Assembly (NCBI GenBank): GCA_030017715.1
Contig: JASEIU010000004.1
Location: 139,456-203,455, forward strand
Length of the DNA stretch: 64,000 nucleotides
Direction: 5' to 3'
Source of the DNA: Candidatus Saccharicenans sp.
GTDB lineage: Bacteria; Acidobacteriota; Aminicenantia; Aminicenantales; Saccharicenantaceae
The notes beneath the pieces were generated by a model. That model was not told where the DNA came from. It was given only the letters and a program-made list of their open reading frames with translations, and made no database searches. Shown piece by piece: positions 47,463 through 62,335 of the stretch. A program made the position numbers and the translations under genes. How positions within the stretch are numbered: the stretch's first letter is position 1; the number at the start of each line of letters is the position of its first letter.

Positions 47463-48062
47463 ATGAGATGCAAAGACTATCAAAAATTAATTTCTGACAG
47501 GCTGGACGGGTGTCTTTCTCCAGTTTACCGGGAGAGATTAGAAGCCCACCTGAAAACTTGCCCTGTCTGCGGTCAGTATGAGAAGGAACTAAAAACAATA
47601 GACCGGGAGATCAGAAATCTGCCGGTTGAAGAACTGGAAAACCTGGCCGGCCTGGAATCAGGTCTAAGAGAACGGCTCAGCCGGGTCGAAACTGAGAATG
47701 GAATAAAACAAAGAGGGGGCAGGTTCATAAAATGGACTCCGGCCTGGGCCTCCGGCCTGTTGCTGCTGATGGTAGCCGTCTATTTTGTTTTTTTCAGGCC
47801 GGCGGCCGTGGAACAGAACCAGGACCTGGCCACTTTGATGTCTTTTGAAGATTCCTATCTTACTCTGACCCAGACCCTTAACAATGATGAAAGTTTGAAA
47901 GAGAAATACAATGAAGAAATACTCAACAGCATTTTTGAAGAGGTAGAGGACCTGAGCGTAGAGAAGGAAGGCGGAGACAAATATTACAATGAGCAAATTA
48001 TCAATAATAATAACGATATAACCTTGCTGCCAGAAAACATGGGATTTTCGGAGGGAAAATGA
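47463..48062 (+). CDS. putative anti-sigma factor (zf-HC2 N-terminus, single TM)
   Basis: The start is 2 nt after the sigma factor stop. The HC2-type motif is H..C..C (EAHLKTCPVCG) after C at ..RLDGCLS. One TM helix follows (WASGLLLLMVAVYFVFF). Confidence 0.65.
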   Translation: MRCKDYQKLISDRLDGCLSPVYRERLEAHLKTCPVCGQYEKELKTIDREIRNLPVEELENLAGLESGLRERLSRVETENGIKQRGGRFIKWTPAWASGLLLLMVAVYFVFFRPAAVEQNQDLATLMSFEDSYLTLTQTLNNDESLKEKYNEEILNSIFEEVEDLSVEKEGGDKYYNEQIINNNNDITLLPENMGFSEGK

Positions 48063-48559
48063 ACCAGAAGAAATTGGCCATAAGTCTTTTAGGGCTGACT
48101 CTGATCTTGTTGTTGGCCCGGGCCGAGTTTGCGGCTCAATTGCCCGGTGCCCAGGCTCAACAGCATAATCTGAGACGGAATCTTGTGACCCTAAGAGCTT
48201 TAAGGATGACCCAGGTGCTGGAACTTACTGAAGAACAGACGGCGGTCATCTTTCCCGAGCTGAACAGGGCGGAAAAGGAGAAAGCAGAGCTGCAAAGGCA
48301 GCTGGCCGAGGAGATTAGAAATTTGAGGAAAATGATTGGCGCGGGAAAATATTCCGACGAAGAATTTGAATCCGGGGTGAGAAAAGTCAGGGAACTCAGA
48401 CAGAAAATTCAGGCCAGAGAACAGGCTTTTGAAGAGTTTTTAATGGCTCGGTTGACACCGCTCCAGAAAGCGCGATATATTATATTTAACCTGGATTTTA
48501 ACCGGGTTATTATGGAAAGAGCTCGCCAGCTCGGGCCGGCCGGTCAAAAAATTAAATAA
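48059..48559 (+). CDS. periplasmic LTXXQ-motif (Spy/CpxP-like) protein
   Basis: A signal peptide is followed by an LTEEQ motif and coiled-coil segments. The start overlaps the anti-sigma stop (ATGA). Confidence 0.5.
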   Translation: MNQKKLAISLLGLTLILLLARAEFAAQLPGAQAQQHNLRRNLVTLRALRMTQVLELTEEQTAVIFPELNRAEKEKAELQRQLAEEIRNLRKMIGAGKYSDEEFESGVRKVRELRQKIQAREQAFEEFLMARLTPLQKARYIIFNLDFNRVIMERARQLGPAGQKIK

Positions 48560-48573
48560 ATATCATCCCTATC

Positions 48574-48602
48574 TTGACAAAAAGATTAAATTAAGTTAGT
48601 AT
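48574..48602 (+). promoter_or_regulatory. sigma70-like promoter candidate (TTGACA-17 nt-TAGTAT) for the tRNA-tuf transcription unit, followed by an A/T-rich leader
   Basis: The hexamers were read from the sequence, about 105 nt upstream of the first tRNA. An additional AT-rich stretch extends to 48700. Confidence 0.35.
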
Positions 48603-48706
48603 TCAGGTTGTAAATTTATATCTCAATTTAACTTTTTTCAATAAAAAAAACAGTAATATAGAAATTTTTTGAAAAAATAAGGAAAATTTTTGATTTGCTC
48701 ATGATT

Positions 48707-48779
48707 GCCAGCGTAGCTCAGCCGGTAGAGCAGCTGATTTGTAATCAGCGGGTCGGGGGTTCGAATCCCTTCGCTGGCT
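48707..48779 (+). tRNA. tRNA-Thr (anticodon TGT)
   Basis: A 73-nt cloverleaf was folded by hand. The acceptor is GCCAGCG/CGCTGGC, the D-arm GCTCAGCCGGTAGAGC, the anticodon stem GCTGA/TCAGC with loop TTTGTAA, and the T-loop TTCGAAT. Confidence 0.85.
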
Positions 48780-48822
48780 CAGAAATAGAAAGCAGGCCTG
48801 GCCTGATAGGGAAGACCGGTAT

Positions 48823-48905
48823 GGGCAGGTACCAAAGTGGCCAAATGGGGCGGGCTGTAAACCCGCTGCGGAAACGCTTCGGAGGTTCGAATCCTTCCCT
48901 GCCCA
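48823..48905 (+). tRNA. tRNA-Tyr (anticodon GTA), class II with long variable arm
   Basis: An 83-nt fold. The acceptor is GGGCAGG/CCTGCCC, the anticodon stem GCGGG/CCCGC with loop CTGTAAA, the long variable arm CTGCGGAAACGCTTC, and the T-loop TTCGAAT. Confidence 0.85.
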
Positions 48906-48913
48906 TTTTTGAT

Positions 48914-48986
<73 letters not shown>

Positions 48987-49005
48987 TTCTAAGAACTGAA
49001 GTTAA

Positions 49006-49078
49006 GCCCAAGTAGCTCAGTTGGCAGAGCACGTCCTTGGTAAGGACGGGGTCACCAGTTCAAATCTGGTCTTGGGCT
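49006..49078 (+). tRNA. tRNA-Thr (anticodon GGT)
   Basis: A 73-nt fold. The acceptor is GCCCAAG/CTTGGGC, the anticodon stem CGTCC/GGACG with loop TTGGTAA, and the T-loop TTCAAAT. Confidence 0.85.
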
Positions 49079-49117
49079 TTTATAAAAAATTTGCCTGGCT
49101 CCTAGGAGGTAAAAGAG

Positions 49118-50320
49118 ATGGCCAAGGAAAAATTTGCGAGGACGAAGCCGCACGTTAACATAGGGACGATCGGGCACATTGATCACGGGAAGACGACGTT
49201 GACTGCGGCGATCACCAAGGTGTTATCGACGAAGGGGTTGGCGCAGTTCAAGCCCTACGATGAGGTGGCGAAGGCGGACGCCAAGATGTTTCGTCGGGAC
49301 GCGACGAAGATCCTGACGGTGGCTCTGTCGCACGTGGAGTACGAGTCGGAGAAGAGGCACTATGCGCACATAGACTGTCCGGGGCACGTGGATTACATCA
49401 AGAACATGATCAGCGGGGCGGCGCAGATGGACGGTTCGATTCTGGTGGTGGCGGCTGATGATGGGCCGATGCCGCAGACGAGGGAACACATCTTGCTGGC
49501 TCGTCAGGTGGATGTTCCGGCGATCGTGGTTTTTATCAACAAGGTGGACCTGGTAGATGATCCTGAGATACTGGACCTGGTGGAGTTAGAGGTCAGGGAG
49601 CTGTTGAGCAAGTATGAATTTCCTGGAGACAAGACGCCGGTGATACGGGGCAGCGCGACCAGGGCGATGGCCGATCCTGAGGGAGAGGGTGGCAAGCCGA
49701 TCTGGGAGTTGATGAAGGCGCTGGACGAGTTCATACCGGAGCCGGTGCGGGAGATAGACAAGCCGTTTTTGATGAGCATAGAGGATGTTTTTTCGATAAC
49801 TGGCCGTGGGACGGTGGTAACGGGCAGAGTGGAGCGGGGGATAGTCAAGGTAGGTGATGAGGTGGAGATAGTAGGCTTTGGGGAGACGAAGAAGACGGTG
49901 GTGACCGGGGTGGAGATGTTCCGGAAGATTCTGGACCAGGGGCAGGCGGGAGACAACGTAGGTTGTTTGCTGCGTGGCATAGGAAAGGACGAGGTGGAGA
50001 GGGGGCAGGTTCTGGCCAAGCCCGGTTCGATCACGCCGCACAAGAAGTTTCGGGCGCAGATATACGCTTTGACCAAGGATGAGGGCGGGCGGCACACGCC
50101 GTTTTTCACTGGTTACCGGCCGCAGTTTTATTTTCGGACGACCGACGTGACCGGGACGGTTAAGTTACCGGCGGGGGTGGAGATGGTGATGCCCGGGGAC
50201 AATGCCAACGTGGAGGTGGAGCTGATCACCACGGTGGCCATGGAGAAAGGCCTGAGGTTTGCCATCCGCGAGGGCGGCCGGACGGTGGGCGCCGGAACCG
50301 TCACCGAAATTTTGGAATAG
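49118..50320 (+). CDS. tuf: elongation factor Tu
   Basis: The N-terminus is [37 protein letters not shown] and NKVD motifs are present. The RBS is aggaggt. Confidence 0.98.
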   Translation: MAKEKFARTKPHVNIGTIGHIDHGKTTLTAAITKVLSTKGLAQFKPYDEVAKADAKMFRRDATKILTVALSHVEYESEKRHYAHIDCPGHVDYIKNMISGAAQMDGSILVVAADDGPMPQTREHILLARQVDVPAIVVFINKVDLVDDPEILDLVELEVRELLSKYEFPGDKTPVIRGSATRAMADPEGEGGKPIWELMKALDEFIPEPVREIDKPFLMSIEDVFSITGRGTVVTGRVERGIVKVGDEVEIVGFGETKKTVVTGVEMFRKILDQGQAGDNVGCLLRGIGKDEVERGQVLAKPGSITPHKKFRAQIYALTKDEGGRHTPFFTGYRPQFYFRTTDVTGTVKLPAGVEMVMPGDNANVEVELITTVAMEKGLRFAIREGGRTVGAGTVTEILE

Positions 50321-50370
50321 AACTTCAGCCGCCGACTTCTGGTTGAATTCAGTGATAAGGAAATAGCGAG

Positions 50371-50520
50371 ATGCGGGAAATAATTACTCTCCAGTGCTCG
50401 GATTGCAAGCGTCGCAATTACAGCACCACCAGGAACAAGAAGAAGCAGACCGAACGGCTGGAAATAAAGAAATTTTGTCCGTTCTGCCGCAAGCATACAC
50501 TGCATAAAGAAGTTAAATAA
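50371..50520 (+). CDS. rpmG: 50S ribosomal protein L33
   Basis: This 49-aa ORF is below the ORF-track size cutoff. The product is [49 protein letters not shown] with the L33 zinc-ribbon CxxC..CxxC. It sits between tuf and tRNA-Trp, as in many bacteria. Confidence 0.85.
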   Translation: MREIITLQCSDCKRRNYSTTRNKKKQTERLEIKKFCPFCRKHTLHKEVK

Positions 50521-50536
50521 TGACTGACCGGACTGA

Positions 50537-50613
50537 GGGTGAGTAGCTCAATTGGCTAGAGCAGCGGTCTCCAAAACCGCAGGCTGCGGGTTCGAGTCCT
50601 GCCTCACCCGCCA
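50537..50613 (+). tRNA. tRNA-Trp (anticodon CCA), CCA encoded
   Basis: A 77-nt fold. The acceptor is GGGTGAG/CTCACCC, the anticodon stem GCGGT/ACCGC with loop CTCCAAA, the T-loop TTCGAGT, and a 3' GCCA. Confidence 0.85.
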
Positions 50614-50643
50614 GTATCAGGATGAGATAAAGGCGTAGGTAAC

Positions 50644-50856
50644 ATGAACGACAAACTGCCCTGGCACAAACGATTTGTAAACTTTCTGAAGGACGTCAGG
50701 TCCGAACTGAAGAAAGTCACCTGGCCGGCCAAGCAGGAAGTCTACGGAACAACCATCATTGTCATCATTGCCGTGTTTTTCTTCGGCCTCTATCTGTTCT
50801 TTGTCGATGTCGTTTTTTCCTGGCTGATCGCTCAGGTCAAAACATTTTTTGGATAA
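50644..50856 (+). CDS. secE: preprotein translocase subunit SecE
   Basis: The 70-aa product has the conserved ..FLKDVRSELKKVTWP.. motif and a single C-terminal TM helix. Confidence 0.9.
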   Translation: MNDKLPWHKRFVNFLKDVRSELKKVTWPAKQEVYGTTIIVIIAVFFFGLYLFFVDVVFSWLIAQVKTFFG

Positions 50857-50869
50857 AGCAGGGATTTAA

Positions 50870-51400
50870 ATGGCCAAAAACTGGTACGTAATTCATACCT
50901 ATTCAGGCTTCGAGAATTTTGTAGCCGAATCGATCCGCCTGAAAGCCGCGGAGATGAAGCTGGAAGACAACATTGGCCAGATCGTCATCCCGACCGAGGA
51001 TGTGGTGGAGATCAGGGGCGGTAAAAAAGTCGTCACCACCAAAAAACCCTACCCGGGCTATATCCTGGTGGAAATGGAGATGAACGACGAAACCTGGTTG
51101 ATGATCCGGCAGATTCCCAAAGTCACCGGGTTTGTCGGTTCCGGCCGCAAGCCTACTCCTCTAAGTCCGGAAGAAGTCAACAAGATTATCCATCATATGG
51201 AAGTTACTTCCGAAAAGCCCAAGCCCAAGCATACTTTTGAAAAGGGCGAGGCGGTTCGCATCATCGACGGTCCTTTTTATAATTTTAACGGCATAGTCGA
51301 AGAGGTCAATCACGAACGCAATACTCTGAAGGTCATGGTGACAATCTTCGGCCGCTCCACTCCGGTGGAACTGGAGTTCCTGCAGGTGGAGAAAATCTAG
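50870..51400 (+). CDS. nusG: transcription termination/antitermination factor NusG
   Basis: The NGN domain is MAKNWYVIHTYSGFENFV. The C-terminal KOW region is VRIIDGPFYNFNGIVEEV. Confidence 0.95.
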   Translation: MAKNWYVIHTYSGFENFVAESIRLKAAEMKLEDNIGQIVIPTEDVVEIRGGKKVVTTKKPYPGYILVEMEMNDETWLMIRQIPKVTGFVGSGRKPTPLSPEEVNKIIHHMEVTSEKPKPKHTFEKGEAVRIIDGPFYNFNGIVEEVNHERNTLKVMVTIFGRSTPVELEFLQVEKI

Positions 51401-51409
51401 GAGGAACCA

Positions 51410-51841
51410 ATGTCAAAGGAAGTCGTGGCCAAAGTTAAACTGCAGATAGTGGCCGGACAGGCCAGTCCGGCGCCCCCGGTAGGCCCTGCGCTGGCTCCTC
51501 ACGGCGTCAACCTGATGGATTTTGTCCGGCAGTTTAACGACCGGACCAAGAACCTGGAAGAGGGCACCATCGTTCCGGTGGTGGTGACGGTTTTCAAAGA
51601 CCGCAGTTTTACCTTCGTCATCAAGACTCCTCCGGCCTCTTTTCTTCTGAAGAAAGCGGCCGGAATTGCCAAGGGGTCAAGTGCTCCCAACAAGGACAAG
51701 GTGGGCAGAGTGACCAGGAAGCAGATCGAAGACATCGCCCGGATCAAGCTGTCAGACCTTAATACCGACGACCTGGAAGCGGCCATCCGCTCCATAGAAG
51801 GAACTGCTAAAAATATGGGATTGGAGATCGTCAGTGAGTAA
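51410..51841 (+). CDS. rplK: 50S ribosomal protein L11
   Basis: The sequence [25 protein letters not shown] is canonical for L11. Confidence 0.95.
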   Translation: MSKEVVAKVKLQIVAGQASPAPPVGPALAPHGVNLMDFVRQFNDRTKNLEEGTIVPVVVTVFKDRSFTFVIKTPPASFLLKKAAGIAKGSSAPNKDKVGRVTRKQIEDIARIKLSDLNTDDLEAAIRSIEGTAKNMGLEIVSE

Positions 51842-52529
51842 ACGTGGAAAGAATTACTTAAAGGCCAGAGCTTTAAAGGAAGAGACAAAAGAATACACCA
51901 TCGAGGAAGCCGTTCATCTGCTCAAGGAAACTAAGTTTGCCAAGTTTGATGAGTCGGTGGACGTGGCCCTCCGCCTCGGGGTGAACCCCAAGTATTCGGA
52001 CCAGATGGTTCGGGGAACGGTTGTCCTGCCCCACGGAACCGGCAAGACGAAGAAGATCTGCGTGATCGCTTCCGGCGAAAAGATTAAGGAAGCGGAAGAG
52101 GCCGGGGCCGATTACGTGGGCGGCGACGATATCATCGAAAAAATTTCCGGAGGCTGGATTGACTTTGATGTGGTTATCGCCACCCCGGATATGATGAGAA
52201 GCGTGGGCAAACTGGGAAGAATCTTAGGAACCAAAGGCCTGATGCCCAACCCCAAGGCCGGAACCGTCACCTTCGATATCAAGAAGGCCATCGAGGAAAC
52301 CAAGGCCGGAAAGGTGGAATTCAGAGTTGATAAGACCGGAATCGTCCATGCCGCGGTGGGCAAGGTTTCCTTTCCAGAAGAGAAGCTGGCGGAAAACATA
52401 AGAGCGTTTATTCAGGCCGTGATCCAGGCCAAACCGCCGGCCGCCAAAGGCAAGTACATCAGGTCGATGTTCGTGTCTTCAACCATGGGACCGTCCTTCA
52501 AGCTTTCGGAAGAGATCTTAGAGAAATAG
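51834..52529 (+). CDS. rplA: 50S ribosomal protein L1
   Basis: Motifs ..[34 protein letters not shown].. are present. The start overlaps the rplK stop. Confidence 0.95.
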   Translation: MSKRGKNYLKARALKEETKEYTIEEAVHLLKETKFAKFDESVDVALRLGVNPKYSDQMVRGTVVLPHGTGKTKKICVIASGEKIKEAEEAGADYVGGDDIIEKISGGWIDFDVVIATPDMMRSVGKLGRILGTKGLMPNPKAGTVTFDIKKAIEETKAGKVEFRVDKTGIVHAAVGKVSFPEEKLAENIRAFIQAVIQAKPPAAKGKYIRSMFVSSTMGPSFKLSEEILEK

Positions 52530-52539
52530 GAGTCCGACG

Positions 52540-53055
52540 GTGAAAAAAGAGACCAAATATAAGATCGTCCAAGAACTGGAAGAATCACTTCAGAAGAATC
52601 ACACCTGGTATCTGGTCGACTACAAGCAGATGCCGGTCTGGAAGATGGTGGCGCTCAGGAAGCTCCTGAAAAAGAACAACTTCCGGCTAAAAGTGGTTAA
52701 GAACCGGCTGGCCCTGAAGGCCATCGGCCAGCGTTTCCCGGAGCTCAAACCCTATTTCCAGAAAAATAATGCCCTGGCCTTTACCGACAGCGACCCCATC
52801 GCCCTGGCCAAGACCCTCCAGGAATTTTCCGATCGGGGCAAGGTGCTGGAGATTAAAGCCGGGGTGGTGGAGGGCCATTACCTGGCTCCCGATATGTTTG
52901 GCGAAATCATCAAGCTGAACTCCAGAATGGATTTAGTGGCCAGAATCGGGTATCTGATGTCATACCCGTTAAGTCAGTTCTTGAGAACCCTGCAAACTCC
53001 CCTGGTTAACATGGGTAGGTTGTTGAGTGTCCTCAAGGATAAAAAAGAGAGTTGA
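52540..53055 (+). CDS. rplJ: 50S ribosomal protein L10
   Basis: Position in the rplKAJL cluster, length, and ..[12 protein letters not shown].. support the call. Confidence 0.9.
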   Translation: MKKETKYKIVQELEESLQKNHTWYLVDYKQMPVWKMVALRKLLKKNNFRLKVVKNRLALKAIGQRFPELKPYFQKNNALAFTDSDPIALAKTLQEFSDRGKVLEIKAGVVEGHYLAPDMFGEIIKLNSRMDLVARIGYLMSYPLSQFLRTLQTPLVNMGRLLSVLKDKKES

Positions 53056-53101
53056 GGGAATATCCCTTGAACTAAGCTCATGTAAAGGAGAGGAGAGACC
53101 A

Positions 53102-53500
53102 ATGGAAAAACAAGAAAAACTCACCAAGGAACAGTTTTTCGCCCATCTTGACAACCTGACGGTTCTGGAACTCGTTGACTACATCAAAGAGTTTGAAACC
53201 CGCTACGGAATCAGCGCGGCCATGGCCGCCCCGGTCATGATGGCCGGCGGAGGCGCGGCTCAGGCTGAAGCCAAGCCGGCGGAAGAGAAGACTTCTTTCA
53301 ACGTCATCCTGAAAGACGTCGGCAGCCAGAAAATCCAGGTGATTAAAGTGGTGCGTGAAGTTACCAACCTGGGCCTGAAAGAAGCCAAGGATTTTGTGGA
53401 CGGCGTGCCCAAGACCCTGAAAGAGGGTGTCACCAAGGACGAAGCTGAGGCCATTAAAGCCAAATTTGTCGAGGTCGGAGCCACAGTCGAAATTCAGTGA
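53102..53500 (+). CDS. rplL: 50S ribosomal protein L7/L12
   Basis: The N-terminus [32 protein letters not shown] is followed by an Ala-rich hinge and a C-terminal domain (..[20 protein letters not shown]..). The start is at the internal ATG after aaaggagagg; ORF 53027 is longer in frame. Confidence 0.9.
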   Translation: MEKQEKLTKEQFFAHLDNLTVLELVDYIKEFETRYGISAAMAAPVMMAGGGAAQAEAKPAEEKTSFNVILKDVGSQKIQVIKVVREVTNLGLKEAKDFVDGVPKTLKEGVTKDEAEAIKAKFVEVGATVEIQ

Positions 53501-53506
53501 CCTTGG

Positions 53507-53526
53507 TCAAAAAATTAATTTTTTGA
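53507..53526. promoter_or_regulatory. perfect 20-bp A/T palindrome TCAAAAAATTAATTTTTTGA between rplL and rpoB (candidate attenuator/partial terminator hairpin)
   Basis: Read directly: the 10-nt arms are exact reverse complements. It starts 6 nt after the rplL stop. The rplL-rpoB junction is a classical attenuation site. Confidence 0.3.
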
Positions 53527-53571
53527 TGATAGAAAACAAAAACTATCAAACTCTTTTTTTAGAGAGCTACC

Positions 53572-56500
53572 ATGCTTGATCAAAACCATCATATTTATCG
53601 GGAAAGAGTCGACTTTTCTAAAATCAAGACGGTTTTTGAATTGCCCGACCTGCTCGAAATTCAACGCAAGTCCTACGATGAGTTCCTGCAGATGGACCTT
53701 CTGCCTGAGGAGAGGAAGGAAGTAGGTCTCCAGGCCGCCTTCAAGGATGTCTTTCCCATAACCGATTTCAAGGAAACGACCGAGCTTCAATTTCTCAGTT
53801 ACACCATCGGTGACTGGGAATGCAAGTGCGGCCGTTTGAAGGGCGTGGAGAACTCCCGGCCGCGCTGCCTGTCCTGCGGGGCTCTGCTCCCGTCCGAGGT
53901 AGCTCTTCAAGAAAAGAAAATCTGTCCCTATTGCGGAGAGCATAAGAAGATCGAGATGCCGCTCTGCGATTACTGCGGAGACCGGGTCAGGCTGAAAATC
54001 AAATACAGCCCCCTGGAGTGCATCCAGAAAGGTTATACTTACGAGGCTCCGCTCAAGCTCAAGGTTCAGCTGGTTTCCTGGGAGAAGGACCCGGCCACCA
54101 AGACCCGGCGGCTGAAACATATCAAACAACAGGAAGTCTATTTCGGCAATATCCCGCTGATGACCGACAAGGGCACCTTTATATTTAATGGAGTGGAAAG
54201 GGTGGTGGTCAGCCAGCTGCAGCGTTCGCCCGGAGTGTTTTTCAGGCCGGGTGAAATCAAAGGCCAGTTCGTCGGCAAGGTCATTCCTTACCGCGGGGCC
54301 TGGGTGGAATTCGAAAACGACACCAAGAATATTCTGTGGGTCAGACTCGACCGCAAGAAGAAATTCCTGGCAACTGTATTTCTGCGGGCCCTCGGTTACG
54401 GTTCAGATGAGGAAATTATCAAGCTGTTCTTTAAATCTTATGAGTTGATTCCGGAAGACGGAAAACTCTACTGGAAGGTTACCGATAGCCTGGTCGGCAA
54501 AGTTCTGAGAGAAGATGTTTACAGCCCGGAAAGCTCCAGAGTCCCGGTAGTCAGAGCCGGCGCCAGGCTGGACCAGGAATTAATCAACAAACTGCTGGAA
54601 AAGAATGTTACCAGGATCAAGGCCAGCCGTCAGGACCTGCAAGGGGCCTGTTCCCTGGTTAATGTCCGGGGAAAGATCAAGGCCGGGGAAGAGCTGACCG
54701 CGGAACAGCTGGAAAACCTTACCACCAGAGGAGAGCCATTCGAGGTTTTCTTCCCGGCTGAAGATGAAGCCGCCCAGATGATTCTTAACACCCTGAAGAA
54801 GGACCTGAAGAAAGACCAGCAGCAGGCCCTGAGCGAAATTTACAAGAAGCTCAGGCCGGGAGAGCCGCACACCGCGGAAAGCGCCAGAGCTCTTTTCGAC
54901 AATATGTTTTTCAACCCCCAGAAGTTTAACTTCTCCCGGATTGGCCGCCTGAAGTTCAATATCAAGCTGGGACTGGAGAGCGGACAGCGAGATGTTCTGC
55001 TGGAAACCGAGAGGAAGTCAGGTCCGGAGGACCCGAAAGACCGCCTGCTGTCCAAAGAAGACTATGTTCAGGTTATAAAGTACCTGCTGAAGCTCAAGAA
55101 CGGCGAGGGTTCGGTGGACGACATCGACCACCTGGGCAACCGTCGGGTGCGCCCGGTGGGCGAGTTGATGGAAAACGCTTTCCGGATAGGCCTGACCCGG
55201 ATGGAGAGAACCATCAAGGAAAAGATGACCATCAGCGCCGACCTGTCCTCAGCCATGCCGCAGGACCTGATAAATTCCAAGCCGGTCATTGCTGCCCTGA
55301 AAGAGTTCTTCGGCAGCTCTCAGCTCTCGCAGTTTATGGACCAGATCAACACCCTGGCCGAATTGACCCATAAAAGAAGATTAAGCGCCCTCGGGCCCGG
55401 CGGCTTGAGCCGCGAAAGGGCCGGCTTTGAAGTCAGAGACATTCAGACCTCTCATTACGGGCGAATCTGCCCGATCGAAACTCCGGAAGGTCCCAACATC
55501 GGTTTAATCGCTTCTCTCAGCAGCTATGCCAGAATAAATGAATACGGTTTCATTGAAACTCCGTACCGCAAAGTGGAAAAAGGCCGGGTGGTCGACTATG
55601 TCCGGGTCATTCATCCCGGCGCTACCTCCTACCGTCCGGGGCAGCTGGTCCGCAAAGATGAGGTCGAAAAAGCCGTCAACCAGTTGCAGGATCAGAAAGC
55701 CAAAAATCTCCCGCTCTATGAACCATACATTTTTTATCTGACTGCCTGGGAGGAAGAAAATTATAAGATTGCTCAGGCCAACGTCGAAATCGACTCTCGC
55801 GGCTATATCAAGCAGGAAATGGTCAGCGCCCGCGACCGTGGTAATTTCAGGATCCTGCCGCGGGAAGAAATTGATTTCATGGATGTTTCTCCCAAGCAGC
55901 TGGTCTCCCTGTCAGCAGCCTTGATTCCCTTTCTGGAGCACGACGACGCCAACCGGGCGCTGATGGGTTCCAACATGCAGCGCCAGGCCGTGCCGCTGCT
56001 CAAGCCCGAAGCTCCGCTGATCGGAACCGGACTCGAACATATCGTGGCCAAAGGTTCCGGGGATGTGGTGGTCTGCGAGCGGTCGGGAGTGGTGGAGTTT
56101 GTCGATGCCGAAAGAATCATAGTCAGGGTTGACGAAAAGGAAAACAGCCTGTATGACCTGGGCACCGACCTTTATCTTCTGACCAAGTTCCTCAGAACCA
56201 ACCAGAACACCTGCATCAACCAGCGCCCCATAGTGAGAAAAGGAGACCGGGTGGTGAAGGGACAGATTCTGGCCGACGGTTCCTGCACCGACCGCGGCGA
56301 GATGGCTCTGGGCCGGAATATCCTCTGCGCCTTCATGCCCTGGCGGGGTTACAATTTCGAGGACGCCATCATCGTCAGCGAGAAACTGATTAAAGAGGAC
56401 GTCTTCACTTCCGTTCATATCGTGGAAGAAATGATTGAAGCCCGGGACACCAAACTCGGTCCCGAGGAAATTACCCGCGACATCCCCAACGTTTCGGAGA

Positions 56501-57908
56501 ATTTGCTTCGCAACCTCGATGAAACCGGTATCGTCAGAATCGGGGCCTATGTGAAACCCGGCGATATCCTGGTGGGCAAGGTGGCTCCCAAGGGAGAGAC
56601 CCAGCTCTCGCCCGAAGAAAAGCTGCTCAAAGCCATCTTCGGCGAGAAAGCCCTGGACGTCAAAGACGCCTCTCTATACTGCCCTCCGGGAGTGGAAGGC
56701 ACGGTGATAGATGTCCGGATCTTCACCCGGCGCGGCCAGGAAAAGAACGAGCGCGCCAAGATCATCGAAAAAGAAGAAATCGCCAAGCTGAAGCGGAACC
56801 TGGAAGATGAGATTGAAATCCTGGAAAAGGAAAAATGGCGGCGTATCAAGAACCTGATCAAGGGTCAGGTGGTCGGCAAGAATGCCAAACTCGGCGGGCG
56901 GACGATAGATAAGGGCACCAGGCTCACCGAAAAATTGCTGGAAATACTGGAATTTGATGACCTGAAGGACCTGGAAGAATTGAAACTCCCGGCCGATGCT
57001 GAAAGAGACGAGAAGATAAGAGACCTCGACCGAAAAGTTAAACGTCAGATTGACGCCCTGAAGGCTGAATTCAAAGAGAAAGTCGATACCCTGAAGAAGG
57101 GCGATGAGCTTTCCCCGGGTGTCATTCAGGCTATAAAAGTCTTCATCGCCATGAAGAGAAGGCTGTCGGTGGGCGACAAGATGTCGGGACGGCACGGCAA
57201 CAAGGGTGTTATCGCCAAGATAGTGCCGGAAGAGGACATGCCCCGCCTGCCCGACGGGACGCCGGTTGACATCGTGCTCAACCCCCTGGGCGTTCCTTCC
57301 CGTATGAACCTGGGCCAAATTCTGGAAACTCACGCTGGCTGGGCCGCCCGCAAAATGAATCTGTGGCTGTCCTCGCCCGTTTTTGACGGGGCCAAAGAAG
57401 AAGAGATCAAAGAACTGCTCAGGAAGGCCGGCTTGCCGGAATCGGGTAAAATCCGGCTGTATGACGGTTTGACCGGGCAGCCTTTCGACCAGGAAGTTAC
57501 AGTCGGCTACATCTACATGATGAAACTCTATCATCTGGTGGATGACAAGATTCATGCCCGCTCCACCGGACCATACTCGCTGATCACCCAGCAGCCCCTG
57601 GGCGGAAAAGCCCAGTTCGGCGGCCAGAGGTTCGGAGAGATGGAGGTCTGGGCTCTGGAAGCTTACGGCGCCGCTCATACCCTTCAGGAAATCCTGACAG
57701 TCAAGTCGGATGATGTTGAGGGCAGGGCCAAGATTTATGAAGCTATAGTCAAGGGGGACCTGGATTTTCAGCCCGGATTGCCAGAATCGGTAAACGTCCT
57801 GATCCGGGAACTCCAGGGGTTGTCCCTTAATATTGAATTGCTTAAAGGCGAGACAGAGGAAGCGTTGCCCTGGGGTATTTCCATACCTCAGTCAACCAAA
57901 GGAGATTA

Positions 57909-57909
<1 letters not shown>
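53572..57909 (+). CDS. rpoB: DNA-directed RNA polymerase subunit beta (1445 aa, with lineage-specific insertions including a double CxxC zinc-ribbon-like module near the N-terminus)
   Basis: Conserved blocks include [46 protein letters not shown] and [24 protein letters not shown]. Confidence 0.98.
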
Positions 57910-62057
<4,148 letters not shown>

Positions 62058-62112
62058 TCTCGACCCCAGGCCAGCCTGGAAGTCCGCAGAACCCCTGCTA
62101 TCGGGTATCAGG

Positions 62113-62132
62113 GGAAGCCAGCCCTGGCTTCC
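62113..62132 (+). other. strong GC hairpin downstream of rpoC (GGAAGCCAG-ccc-CTGGCTTCC); possible terminator or processing element lacking a U-tract
   Basis: A perfect 9-bp stem read from the sequence. A second weaker GGAAG..CTTCC hairpin follows. No T-run follows, so intrinsic termination is doubtful. Confidence 0.25.
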
Positions 62133-62230
62133 ACCCGGCCCGGAAAAAGGGGAAGAATGGCCTGGCTTCCGGTCCTTGAGCTGGAGAGGGCCGGACGGTG
62201 TAAAAAAAAGCAAAATAGCCTGTTGTTTTC

Positions 62231-62259
62231 TTGACAAGACAGGCGGTTTTTGCTATTCT
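62231..62259 (+). promoter_or_regulatory. sigma70-like promoter candidate (TTGACA-17 nt-TATTCT) for rpsL-rpsG-fusA
   Basis: The hexamers were read from the sequence, about 76 nt upstream of the rpsL GTG start (RBS gaggag). Confidence 0.4.
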
Positions 62260-62335
62260 TCAAGCATATTTCTCGGGAAATTCATCCTGGGAAGAGAGTA
62301 TAAATATTTTTCTATTTTTTAGAGGAGATTTATAA

